A DNA stretch of 44,315 nt from positions 1 through 44,315 of the forward strand of contig CAYGQN010000001.1 in NCBI GenBank assembly GCA_964351795.1, written 5' to 3'. Source of the stretch: an uncultured Gammaproteobacteria bacterium. GTDB taxonomy: Bacteria > Pseudomonadota > Gammaproteobacteria > JADZEE01. Below the pieces are notes generated by a model. The model saw only the letters and a list, made by a program, of their open reading frames with translations. It ran no database searches and had not been told where the DNA came from. Below are positions 8,065-16,418 of the stretch, one piece after another (position 1 is the first letter of the stretch; each line of letters opens with the position of its first letter). The translations under genes and the position numbers were made by a program.

Positions 8065-9627
8065 TTACGCAGTGGCCTTGCGTTTGCGACTGACGTTCGG
8101 GGCCTTTGCTCGCTCGGCCTTGATGCGAGCCAACAGTTCGGCGGCGGGTTCATCATCGGGATCCTGGGGGACGAGCCGACCGGAGAAAGCCTTCTTGAGT
8201 ATGGACTGGCGCAAGGCATCAGCGCGGTTCAGGGCGGCATCGATTTCAGCTTCCAGGGCATCGGCGGCTTCAAGGCGGTCGTCGAGGATACGGACGATTT
8301 CGGCTTGTTCGGCGGGTGAGCAAACAGGAAAGTGAAGTTCTTTCAATTGCGTAGTATTGATCCGCGGGCGCCCAACTCCATGAACAAGGTCCTCTATCTG
8401 GTAGAAGACCTGCGGGCTTTGAATGTAATAGTCCGCAAAGTTCTTGTCTGCTTCATCGCTGTGCAGCACGACGGCAAAGCAGTCTGCCTTGTTGATTGCC
8501 AGTGGAATGCTTTCTGGAACTAAGCAAGAGCGCACCGCATCCGTGACGAAAGATGAAACTACAATTGCTCCGGGGTAGACCGAGTGCTTTTTGATCATCT
8601 CGTATTTTTCTTCTGATATGAATGACCGTTTTTCTTCTAGAAATTCACCATACCCAATGTTTTCAAGGCGGATCACTCGGACACCGTTCTCGGTGTAGTC
8701 GCTGCTCTTTAGGTTGGATCCAAAAGGTCCGTCCGATATTGTCAGGTGGAGGTCACCAAACCTAACAGCGCCCCAAAGACTCGGAAATTTCGGGCGATCT
8801 TCTTCTGGAATGTGCTGCGGATTTATGGTTGCTCGCTGTTTCGGCTTTGGGGGCTTCTTGCCCTTCTCGCCATTGGTGCGCCAGTTGTCGAGGGCGTGTT
8901 GCCAGTCTTCGAGGGCGGCTTTGTAGCGGGCTTCGCGTTCAGACTTGATGCGGGCCAGGAGGGTATCGGGGTCTTCCAGTTTGTCGGCGTTCTGGGCGCG
9001 CCAGTCGGCGGTGAGGCGGCCTTCGAAGGCGGACTTCAGCAGGGACTGGCGGTAGAGGCCGAGGGTGGTGCGCGCGGTTTTCAGGCTTTCGACGCCCTTG
9101 TCGATTTCGGCGAACAGCGCCTCGATCTTCTCTACGATTCGGCGTTGTTCGCCCGGCGGCGGTAAGCCTAGCTCGTGGTCTTTGAGGACTGCTGCAGGGA
9201 CGCGCTTTTGGCCAACCGCCCCGGTCATACTCTGTTCAGCGTGGTAGCGAAACGCCTGGCTGGAAACCACGTGATAGATAAACTCTGGATAGACATCGGG
9301 TTCCGGCCTCAGCACGTGAAATTCTGTCGACCCGAAGCCGTATTCTCCTTTAATTTCCGGGACTATCGCCATTTTGCCGTTTTCCATGCACGGCGTTATC
9401 TTCGCGAACAGAACATCACCCTGCTTGAATGAGGTATAGCCCTGTTTTACTTCTGAAAACGTACGCGCTTCGGAAACGTCAATCCCTCCTGTTTTTGCTT
9501 CGACAGCGGCCATCGCAACGAATGACACAACTGTGTCCGATGGAATCTTGGACTTGTCTATAGGTGGATTGATTTTGCAAATCTGTGATAGCTGCGATAA
9601 GGCCCATCCGGGTGGTAACTCCGTCAT
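8065..9627 (-). CDS. hsdS: type I restriction-modification system, specificity subunit S
   Basis: Two target-recognition halves. Each is followed by a conserved helical spacer: EQRRIVEKIEALFAEIDKG...LLKSAFEGRL and EQAEIVRILDDRLEAADALEAEID...ILKKAFSGRL. The ATG at 9627 overlaps the hsdR stop (ATGA). Confidence 0.92.
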   Translation of the reverse strand: MTELPPGWALSQLSQICKINPPIDKSKIPSDTVVSFVAMAAVEAKTGGIDVSEARTFSEVKQGYTSFKQGDVLFAKITPCMENGKMAIVPEIKGEYGFGSTEFHVLRPEPDVYPEFIYHVVSSQAFRYHAEQSMTGAVGQKRVPAAVLKDHELGLPPPGEQRRIVEKIEALFAEIDKGVESLKTARTTLGLYRQSLLKSAFEGRLTADWRAQNADKLEDPDTLLARIKSEREARYKAALEDWQHALDNWRTNGEKGKKPPKPKQRATINPQHIPEEDRPKFPSLWGAVRFGDLHLTISDGPFGSNLKSSDYTENGVRVIRLENIGYGEFLEEKRSFISEEKYEMIKKHSVYPGAIVVSSFVTDAVRSCLVPESIPLAINKADCFAVVLHSDEADKNFADYYIQSPQVFYQIEDLVHGVGRPRINTTQLKELHFPVCSPAEQAEIVRILDDRLEAADALEAEIDAALNRADALRQSILKKAFSGRLVPQDPDDEPAAELLARIKAERAKAPNVSRKRKATA

Positions 9628-12374
9628 GCCGACATGGCCTCGTTCATCTCGGTCATGACGGCGTCCATGTTGTCGCCAAACAGAATGTACATCTTGCCGA
9701 GGCCACCGTGGCTGCCGAATGGGGCCATGTTCAGGTCGTCGCGTTCGATGGTGAACGAGGTGGCGAGGTGGTCGCGGATCATGCGCAGCCAGTCCATCTG
9801 TTCCTCGGTGAACTTCTCCCCTGCGCCGGAGTGGCGGTTCAGTATCCAGTTCTGGAAGTTGCGCCGTACCCGCTCGGAATGGCGGGTGAGGGTCTGGTCC
9901 AGTCCGGCAACCCTGCGGATCAGTGCCACCAGGGCGGTCAGGTCGCTGGCCGGATTGCTGCCCTTGTAGTCATCCAGGTGCGCATAGGCGCGCCAGACGA
10001 CCAGCGGGGCCAGGCGGGGGCGATCCTCGGTCAGCCGCTTCAGGACCTCCTTTACCATGGCGAACGTTACCTGCGCGCGGCGGGCCGGGGTGTTGAAGTA
10101 GATGGACAGCGCCTCGATCTGGTCGCGATTCTCGGCCAGGTACGCCTCGAATTCCTGTGCAATCTGTTTGGCGTTGCCTGCCACATCGCCGGCCCATTCG
10201 GCACGCAGGAGGGTATCGAGGTTGTCATGGTCTATCGTTTGCTCGTTGTCGCGGCGGATGGTGTCCATCAGGTTGATGAGCGGGCCGGTGAACACGTTGG
10301 CGGCGTGCTTGATTCGCTCTTCGCGCGCTTGCTGCATGGCGGCGTCATCGGGCTCGTGGTGGCCGGCCGCCTTGGCGTCGGCTTCCACCCTGTCCGGGTC
10401 GATGGCATCGAACAGGTCGCGCACAATGGCCGTCAGGGCTTTGCCGGCCTCGCTGCTGATTTTATCCTGATCTTCTGCGCCGAGCTTGTTGTCCAGCCGT
10501 GCCAGACGGGCCGCGAGGGAACTTACTGTTTCCTCGGATCGGTCGCCCATCATCAGCCCCATGGCGAGATCCTTGAAGGGGACGGAAGGCTTGGTGTCCA
10601 GCGGCTGGCTGGCCGTTTTGAGTGAACGGGTGACGCCCACGGCATCGACGATAACGTAGTGCGTTTTGGCCTGGGCTGAAGGTGACACCTTTTTCAGGTC
10701 ATCGGGTTTAAGCACCCGCGTGCCGCGGCCTTTCATCTGCTCGAAATAGTTCTTCGACTTCACGTCGCGCATGAACACCAGGCATTCCAGCGGCTTCACG
10801 TCGGTGCCCGTGGCGATCATGTCCACGGTTACGGCAATACGCGGGTAATAGTCATTGCGAAAGGCCGACAACGAGGATTTGGGGTTCTTGGCACCGTTGG
10901 TGATTTTGCGGCAGAAATCATTGCCCTCGCCAAACTCCTGGCGCACGGTCTGGATGATGTCGTCGGCGTGGCTGTCGGTTTTGGCGAAGATGAGGGTTTT
11001 AGGCAGTTCCTTGCGGCCCGGGAAAATCTCCGGCCACTTGGCGTGGAAGGCTCGGATCACCGTGCGGATCTGGTCTGGGTTCACCACAGAGCGGTCCAGC
11101 TGGGTGGCGGCGTAGGCCTGCTCCTCGTCCTGGGTCTCCCAGCGGCGCGCCCGGGTTTCGCGTTCGCGTTTTTCCACCAGTTGCTCGGCCTTGAGCGTTT
11201 CGCCACTTTGGGTCACCTGCGTTTCAATGAGATACACCTCGTTGCCCACGTTGACCTTGTCGGCAACGGCTTTCTCGTGGGTGTATTCACTCACTACATT
11301 CTTCTGGAAGAAGCCATAGGTGCGGTTGTCGGGTGTGGCGGTCAGCCCGATGAGGTAGGCGTCGAAATACTCGATAACCTGCCGCCAGAGCTTGTATATG
11401 GAACGGTGGCATTCGTCGATGACCACAACGTCGAAGTACTCAGGCGGCACTTTCGCGTTGTACACGACGGGTAACGGTTCCTTGCGGCGCCACGTTTGCT
11501 CGGCCGGGTTTGCATCATCCGCGCCTTCATTCAGTTCCTCGCCCTTGAGCGTGGCGTACATGCGCTGGATGGTGGAGATGACGACCTGGCTGTCCCCGGC
11601 GATGCTGGAGGACGCCAGGCGCTGCACGTTGTACAGCTCGGTGAACTTGCGGTTGTCGTCGTTCGGGATGAACGCCATGAACTCCTGTTCGGCCTGCTCG
11701 CCCAGGTTCCGGGTGTCAACCAGAAACAGGATGCGGCGCGCACCGGCGTGTTTGAGCAGGCGGTAGACCTGGGTGATTGCGGTGAAGGTCTTGCCGGAGC
11801 CCGTAGCCATCTGGACAAGCGCCCGGGGCTTGTCGGCCCTGAGCGAGCCTTCAAGGTTGGTGATGGCCCTGACTTGGCAGTCCCGCAGGCCCTCGGGGTT
11901 GAGGTACGGCAGGGCCGCGATACCCGCGCGCAGGCTCTGTGGCGCTTGCGCCCAGGCTTTCAGGGTTTCGGGGCGGTGGAAGCTGAAAACCTCGCGGGAG
12001 CGGGGATTCGGGTCCCGGGCATTCGTGAAGCGGGTAACCTGGCCGGTGCTCTCGTAGAGAAAGGGCAGCGGCTCTGCGTTTTTGACCCATTTCAGGCGGG
12101 CGTTGGCATAGCCTTCGGATTGTTCCTCGACGGAGGTCAGCCGCACGCCCCAGCTGTCCGGCTTCGCCTCCACCACGCCCACCGCCTGCCGGTCGGCGAA
12201 CAGCACGTAATCGGCCGGGCCGATATCGGTCTGGTATTCACGCACAGCGATGCCGGCGCCAGCGTTGAAATCAAGCGCATCCTTGTGCTGAACATGCCAG
12301 CCGGCGGCCCGCAGGCGTTCGTCTATCCGGTCTCGTGCCAGCTGTTCAGGCGTCTGGTTGATGTCTTCCGACAT
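9624..12374 (-). CDS. hsdR: type I restriction enzyme, endonuclease/helicase subunit R (EcoEI-like C-terminal domain)
   Basis: N-terminal HsdR_N-like region (RIDERLRAAGW...GPADYVLF...VVEAKP). Helicase motifs QMATGSGKT and VVIDECHR. The C-terminal FTEEQMDWLRMIRDHL segment resembles the EcoEI R C-terminal domain. Start chosen at ATG 12374 (MSEDINQ); the ORF is open to 12590. Confidence 0.93.
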   Translation of the reverse strand: MSEDINQTPEQLARDRIDERLRAAGWHVQHKDALDFNAGAGIAVREYQTDIGPADYVLFADRQAVGVVEAKPDSWGVRLTSVEEQSEGYANARLKWVKNAEPLPFLYESTGQVTRFTNARDPNPRSREVFSFHRPETLKAWAQAPQSLRAGIAALPYLNPEGLRDCQVRAITNLEGSLRADKPRALVQMATGSGKTFTAITQVYRLLKHAGARRILFLVDTRNLGEQAEQEFMAFIPNDDNRKFTELYNVQRLASSSIAGDSQVVISTIQRMYATLKGEELNEGADDANPAEQTWRRKEPLPVVYNAKVPPEYFDVVVIDECHRSIYKLWRQVIEYFDAYLIGLTATPDNRTYGFFQKNVVSEYTHEKAVADKVNVGNEVYLIETQVTQSGETLKAEQLVEKRERETRARRWETQDEEQAYAATQLDRSVVNPDQIRTVIRAFHAKWPEIFPGRKELPKTLIFAKTDSHADDIIQTVRQEFGEGNDFCRKITNGAKNPKSSLSAFRNDYYPRIAVTVDMIATGTDVKPLECLVFMRDVKSKNYFEQMKGRGTRVLKPDDLKKVSPSAQAKTHYVIVDAVGVTRSLKTASQPLDTKPSVPFKDLAMGLMMGDRSEETVSSLAARLARLDNKLGAEDQDKISSEAGKALTAIVRDLFDAIDPDRVEADAKAAGHHEPDDAAMQQAREERIKHAANVFTGPLINLMDTIRRDNEQTIDHDNLDTLLRAEWAGDVAGNAKQIAQEFEAYLAENRDQIEALSIYFNTPARRAQVTFAMVKEVLKRLTEDRPRLAPLVVWRAYAHLDDYKGSNPASDLTALVALIRRVAGLDQTLTRHSERVRRNFQNWILNRHSGAGEKFTEEQMDWLRMIRDHLATSFTIERDDLNMAPFGSHGGLGKMYILFGDNMDAVMTEMNEAMSA

Positions 12375-12714
12375 GCATCGGGCCTGACATTGCAGTGGTA
12401 CATGAATCATGGCCAGCGAGGCCTGCAAATGCAATTGACGCGTCAGTTGCCGTGCCGGCCAGGGTGGGAGGGTGGCTTCGAGATGCCCTTCGCGGGACGG
12501 CTGGACCTGGGCGGGGTCGCTACGCTCAACGGTCGGCGGAGCGCCGACGACGCCCTGGTCCCTGACGGCCGGCACCCGGCGCGGGTACAAGCTACTCCGG
12601 TTTGGGCGGCGTCGCGGAGAGTGCGGCCGGTTAGCTTGCAGAAGCTTCGCTCAGGCCGCGATACTTCGGGCAGGCTACGGAGCATTCGAACGAGCGCCTG
12701 GACGGAGCAAGTCA

Positions 12715-13632
12715 ATGGCCATACCCGACTATCAATCAATCATGCTGCCGCTGCTGCGTTTTGCAGGCGACGATGCGGTGCATCGCTTCCGCGAGGCAAT
12801 AGAGCATCTTGCCCAGCATTTCGAGTTGTCTGATAAGGAACGGCGGGAGCTTCTACCAAGCGGGAAGCAACCCACATTCGACAATCGGGTTGGCTGGGCA
12901 CGCACCTACATGACGAAGGCGGGTTTGCTTGCGTCACCGAAGCGCGGCCAGTTCCGCATTACGGAGCTTGGGAAGAAGGTGCTCGATAAGCAGCCGGCCG
13001 CATTGAACGTTGCTTATCTTGAGCAGTTTCCTGAGTTTATGGCCTTTCGCAATCTGCGGCACGACAAGAAGGATGTCGCTGCCCCAGCGAGCCCGGCCCT
13101 GCAACCAGAGGATTCCACTCCTGAAGAGACGCTTGAAAGCGCATTCCAGAGCCTGCGCGCAGAACTGGCCAACGACGTTCTCGCCGCCGTCAGGAACTGC
13201 ACGCCCGGGTTTTTCGAACGACTGGTGGTCGACCTTGTCGTTCGCATGGGATACGGCGGTTCCCGGAAAGAGGCAGGCCAGGCCATCGGGGGCTCCGGCG
13301 ATGGCGGCATCGATGGGATCATCAAGGAAGATCGACTGGGTCTGGACATCATCTACATTCAGGCCAAACGCTGGGAGGCCGTGATTGGCCGGCCGGAGAT
13401 CCAGAAATTCGCCGGCGCGCTGCAAGGTCAGCGGGCGCGCAAAGGCATCTTCATTACAACCTCATCGTTCTCACGGGAGGCACGGGATTTTGCGGGCAGC
13501 ATCGAGACGAAGATCATCCTGATCGATGGCGAAACGCTGGTGGAATACATGATTGAAAACAACGTCGGCGTCAGCGTGGAGGCAACTTACGAGCTGAAGC
13601 ACATCGACAGCGATTATTTCGTCGAGGACTGA
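12715..13632 (+). CDS. mrr: Mrr-family type IV (modification-dependent) restriction endonuclease
   Basis: Mrr_N-like winged helix (MAIPDYQSIMLPLLRF...FDNRVGWARTYMTKAGLL). Mrr_cat core with GDGGIDGII...IIYIQAKRW, a D...(Q/E)xK nuclease motif. Divergent from hsdR. Confidence 0.9.
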   Translation: MAIPDYQSIMLPLLRFAGDDAVHRFREAIEHLAQHFELSDKERRELLPSGKQPTFDNRVGWARTYMTKAGLLASPKRGQFRITELGKKVLDKQPAALNVAYLEQFPEFMAFRNLRHDKKDVAAPASPALQPEDSTPEETLESAFQSLRAELANDVLAAVRNCTPGFFERLVVDLVVRMGYGGSRKEAGQAIGGSGDGGIDGIIKEDRLGLDIIYIQAKRWEAVIGRPEIQKFAGALQGQRARKGIFITTSSFSREARDFAGSIETKIILIDGETLVEYMIENNVGVSVEATYELKHIDSDYFVED

Positions 13633-13883
13633 TGACGCTTAAATCAGGGGCATTTTGGTTTCGGACTTGCTCAGGAAGCCGGCCAAACGGCTCTGCCCAG
13701 TGGTTTCAAGTCCTATTTGAAAACGTAGAAGAAACAAGATTGAAATCCAGGGCGTAGTCCCGGAGGAGCATCCTGGCGACCGACCTCGATGGTCGCTTCA
13801 ATGTCGCCATCGGACCGGATCATCGGTTTCTAAAGGATATTTGCATTCTCGGTAATGGTCACTGACATATACCTTCTAGGGGA

Positions 13884-14339
13884 GTGCGGACGGTGGAGAT
13901 CTATGAAATTGCCAGGATTGTGGCCAGTGCTGCAACAGCGATCGGTGTCGCGATCGCAGCGTGGCAGATCTGGCGTAATGCAGAACAGACGAGGACGGCG
14001 TTCGAGGATTCACTGGCTAGAGAGTACCGCGATCTGATGCGCTCAGTTTCGTACAAGGCGTTAGTTGGACAACAGGTTTCTGATCAAGAGGCCGAAGCAT
14101 CAAGAGAAGCAGTGTATAACTACCTGGATTTCTGTAATCAGCAGATCTACCTTCGGATGAACGGTCGGGTTCGAAAGGCCACTTGGTTTGAGTGGCAACA
14201 AGGCATGAGGATCAATCTGAGCCTTCCCTTCTTCATGGAAGTCGCGCATGAAGTTTTTAAAGCCCTTCCGGGCATCTTCACAGAGTTGCAACGGCTTCAG
14301 GAAGCCGGCTTTTCGACGGACCCAGCGGATTGGAGATGA
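13884..14339 (+). CDS. hypothetical protein with a single N-terminal transmembrane helix
   Basis: GTG start. Hydrophobic segment IARIVASAATAIGVAIAAWQIW followed by about 120 aa of predicted helical, charged sequence. Intermediate G+C. No family recognised. Confidence 0.5.
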   Translation: MRTVEIYEIARIVASAATAIGVAIAAWQIWRNAEQTRTAFEDSLAREYRDLMRSVSYKALVGQQVSDQEAEASREAVYNYLDFCNQQIYLRMNGRVRKATWFEWQQGMRINLSLPFFMEVAHEVFKALPGIFTELQRLQEAGFSTDPADWR

Positions 14340-14341
14340 CT

Positions 14342-14526
14342 TGCGTTTACGGCAATGTGAATCTCTTGGCGCCCGGGTCTCATAGAGATGATGGCAATTG
14401 CACAGCGTCGCCCGCCTTGTCGTGGTCTGTCACTGCTATCGGGCAGAGGGCGACGTCATACGGAACATTTCAGCGCGCAAGACTACCCGGCCGGAGCGCT
14501 GGCACTACATGACGAGAACGCGATGA
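14342..14526 (+). pseudogene. brnT: brnT (DUF497-type toxin) remnant: 5'-truncated and internally frameshifted
   Basis: Frame 1 reads WQLHSVARLVVVCHCYRAEGDVIRNISARKTTRPERWHY then stop. This matches the BrnT C-terminal consensus (..VVVV.T.R.D.IRIISARKAT..ER..Y). The upstream part VYGNVNLLAPGSHRDDG is in another frame. In-frame stops occur at 14383-14391. The N-terminal about 35 aa are absent. The TGA overlaps the brnA ATG (ATGA). Confidence 0.7.
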
Positions 14527-14732
14527 GAAACGAATACGATTTTTCGAACGGAAAGCCCAACCCCTACGCAAAGCGGTTGAAGAAGCAGATCACCATCCGA
14601 ATTGAAGAGCCGACGATAGAGTGCTTCAAGGGGCTGGCCGAGGAGATGGATCTGCCCTACCAGACGCTGATCAATCTCTACCTGCGGGATTGCGCGCAAT
14701 CAGGGCGCAAACTCAACCTTAAGTGGAAATAG
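14523..14732 (+). CDS. brnA: BrnA-type (CopG/RHH-like) antitoxin
   Basis: MRNEYDFSNGKPNPYAKRLKKQITIRIEEPTIECFKGLAEEMDLPYQTLINLYLRD matches the EYDFS...I(T/S)IR(I/L)...YQTLIN pattern of BrnA antitoxins. The ORF-track start at 14388 reads through the brnT remnant and was not used. Confidence 0.8.
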   Translation: MRNEYDFSNGKPNPYAKRLKKQITIRIEEPTIECFKGLAEEMDLPYQTLINLYLRDCAQSGRKLNLKWK

Positions 14733-15037
14733 TCAACTTACGAGAGCCGGAGGAATCGCTCAAGTTGCTCTCCGGGGACCATAGCCATGGGTTCCATACA
14801 ACACGCAAAATGCTGATTACATTGGGCATTGAACCGCAGATTGAGCCCAGGCTCAGCCGACTGACAGTCCGAAAGATATTTGGACGGAACGTCCACGACT
14901 CCGCTATTGCAAAACCGGAAGTGCCGGCCGCCGTCAATTGGAGTTTGTCGCGATTCCCGCCTGGTGCCGCAACATACAGCACGCGCGCCTGCCGAGTTGT
15001 TGTATAACCGGGTTTAGCCGCTGTTCGAGGTCCGCTT

Positions 15038-15772
15038 ATGGATAGGTCCACACCGGTGCGCTGGGAGGCGATTCTGTCGCAGGTCGTCCGGAACAAGGAA
15101 GCTGCGCTGCGATGGGGGTTCCCGGAACCATGGGTTCAAACAGAGATGTTCACAGCGCTCGAAGGCCTGGCGGGTACGACCGGGTGGCAGCCCTTACCGA
15201 TGGAAGTACCGTACGTGACGCGTGCACCGGTGACCCTGCCCAAAGAGGGTCGTCGGGATTGGAAAAGCGAGGGTGCGGTGAAGTGGATCGACCTGTGCCT
15301 GCGTTCATCGTCCACGAATGAATGGTTATGGGTTGAATTGAAGGTGCGGCATGCAGGCGTGGGCGAACGGGCGCTCCGTGCGGCTCTCGATGCCCGAAAT
15401 GCATTTCGCAAAGATATCGTGGCCCTGCTTGCGCTCGACCCGGCGCGAACCGCAGACCTGTGGCGTGAACCGGACGGGGCAACGAGCGCCTATTGGTTCG
15501 AGGAAGCGCTCAAGCCTATATCAAGCGAACTACGCCGCGGACGCCACTTTTTCACCGCCATCTACCTTCATCTTGGCGGAGGCCTGGATGAGCCGGTTTG
15601 GGGTCGAAGCGCGCTGGACGAAGCCGTGGCAGCGTGGTGGAAAACCCGGACGGGCGTGGCTGGACGAGCGGTTGCGAACCCGGGCAGTGCCAGCATCGAA
15701 CATCATCAACTCATCAACACACATAGCGTGGTCGTCGCGAGCGGCGCCATCCCGAACCGGCGTCGGTGTTGA
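15038..15772 (+). CDS. hypothetical protein with a PD-(D/E)xK nuclease-like motif
   Basis: 244-aa ORF with GAGG about 8 nt upstream of the ATG. Ordered motif elements QTEMF (aa 45-49), VKWIDLCL (about aa 82-89) and LWVELKV (about aa 97-103) fit the E...D...ExK signature of the restriction-endonuclease fold. No family name recognised. Confidence 0.55.
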   Translation: MDRSTPVRWEAILSQVVRNKEAALRWGFPEPWVQTEMFTALEGLAGTTGWQPLPMEVPYVTRAPVTLPKEGRRDWKSEGAVKWIDLCLRSSSTNEWLWVELKVRHAGVGERALRAALDARNAFRKDIVALLALDPARTADLWREPDGATSAYWFEEALKPISSELRRGRHFFTAIYLHLGGGLDEPVWGRSALDEAVAAWWKTRTGVAGRAVANPGSASIEHHQLINTHSVVVASGAIPNRRRC

Positions 15773-15817
15773 CGGACAGATCCCATTGGGGCCCTGTCCC
15801 GCCGCAGGCCGCTGTGA

Positions 15818-15970
15818 TCCCGCCCGGCGCATGAGCAGGTCCCGCAATGGTGTCGGGTACAGTAGGCATGCATCGTAGATCACCGGAATGTTCGAGCTCA
15901 TTCATTCGTAGCCCGTTTGCAGTGCCTGGGCCTGCTCGGCCAGAGCATGGTCAGTAGCGGGTGTCGTCAT
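15818..15970 (-). pseudogene. remnant of a PIN-toxin / HTH-antitoxin pair (antitoxin 3' end plus toxin 5' end only)
   Basis: The 22-codon stub MTTPATDHALAEQAQALQTGYE (15902-15970) has an in-frame stop 7 codons upstream of its ATG. It is followed directly by ATG-SSNIPVIYDACLLYPTPLRDLLMRRAG (from 15901). That matches the N-terminus of PIN toxins (V.LDANVLYPAPLRDLLL.LA). Similarity is lost after about 28 aa. Confidence 0.5.
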
Positions 15971-16024
15971 GGAGGACTCCGGGGAGCTTCACACAGCATC
16001 AGGGGACAAAGCATCAACTGTCCG

Positions 16025-16418
16025 TCAGCTATTCGGCTGGCAGGATGAACGCAGCCATGCCGCGAGCGTGGGCTCATCGAGATTACCCGCCGCCAGTTGC
16101 TGGTAGACCACGACAGCTTCGGCTTCCGGGGCGCCCAGAGAGTAGCCGTTGATTTCCAGGAAAACGGCAGCGGTGGTCAATGCCATGCGCTTGTTGCCAT
16201 CCACGAAGGGATGGTTTCGTGCGAATCCATAGCTGTAGGCGGCAGCGAGTTCGAACAGGTCGGCATCGCCGCTGTAACTGGCCTTCTGGCGCGGGCGTGC
16301 CAGGTCGGATTCCAGCAGGGCCTCGTCGCGCAGCCCCCCCTAGACCACCGTGCTCTGCGATGAGCATCTGATGTTGTGCATGCACCAGTTCCGGTAACAG
16401 CCGTACCGGCTCAGTCAT
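16025..16418 (-). pseudogene. doc: doc (Fic-fold death-on-curing toxin) interrupted by a +1 frameshift in a G7 homopolymer
   Basis: N-terminus MTEPVRLLPELVHAQHQMLIAEHGGLGG. A run of 7 C on the + strand (16334-16340) shifts the frame. With 6 G the reading continues LRDEALLES...AAAYSYGFARNHPFVDGNKRMALTTAAVFLEINGY...AAWLR to TGA at 16025-16027 without stops. That reading includes the Fic motif HPFVDGNKR. Confidence 0.8.

Noticed and set aside
12472-12714. 81-codon N-terminal extension of the mrr ORF
   Set aside because: The extension overlaps the hsdR 5' region and promoter spacer and is not protein-like. Mrr_N homology starts at MAIPDYQ (ATG 12715).
9585-12833. Plus-strand ORFs 9585..10625 and 11496..12833 antisense to hsdR
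   Set aside because: Shadow ORFs opposite a gene with unambiguous helicase and HsdR motifs. Their translations have no recognisable motifs.
14388-14522. 45-codon extension of the brnA ORF (start at 14388)
   Set aside because: It reads through the brnT remnant in a wrong frame. BrnA homology starts at ATG 14523, which has the classic ATGA overlap with the toxin stop.
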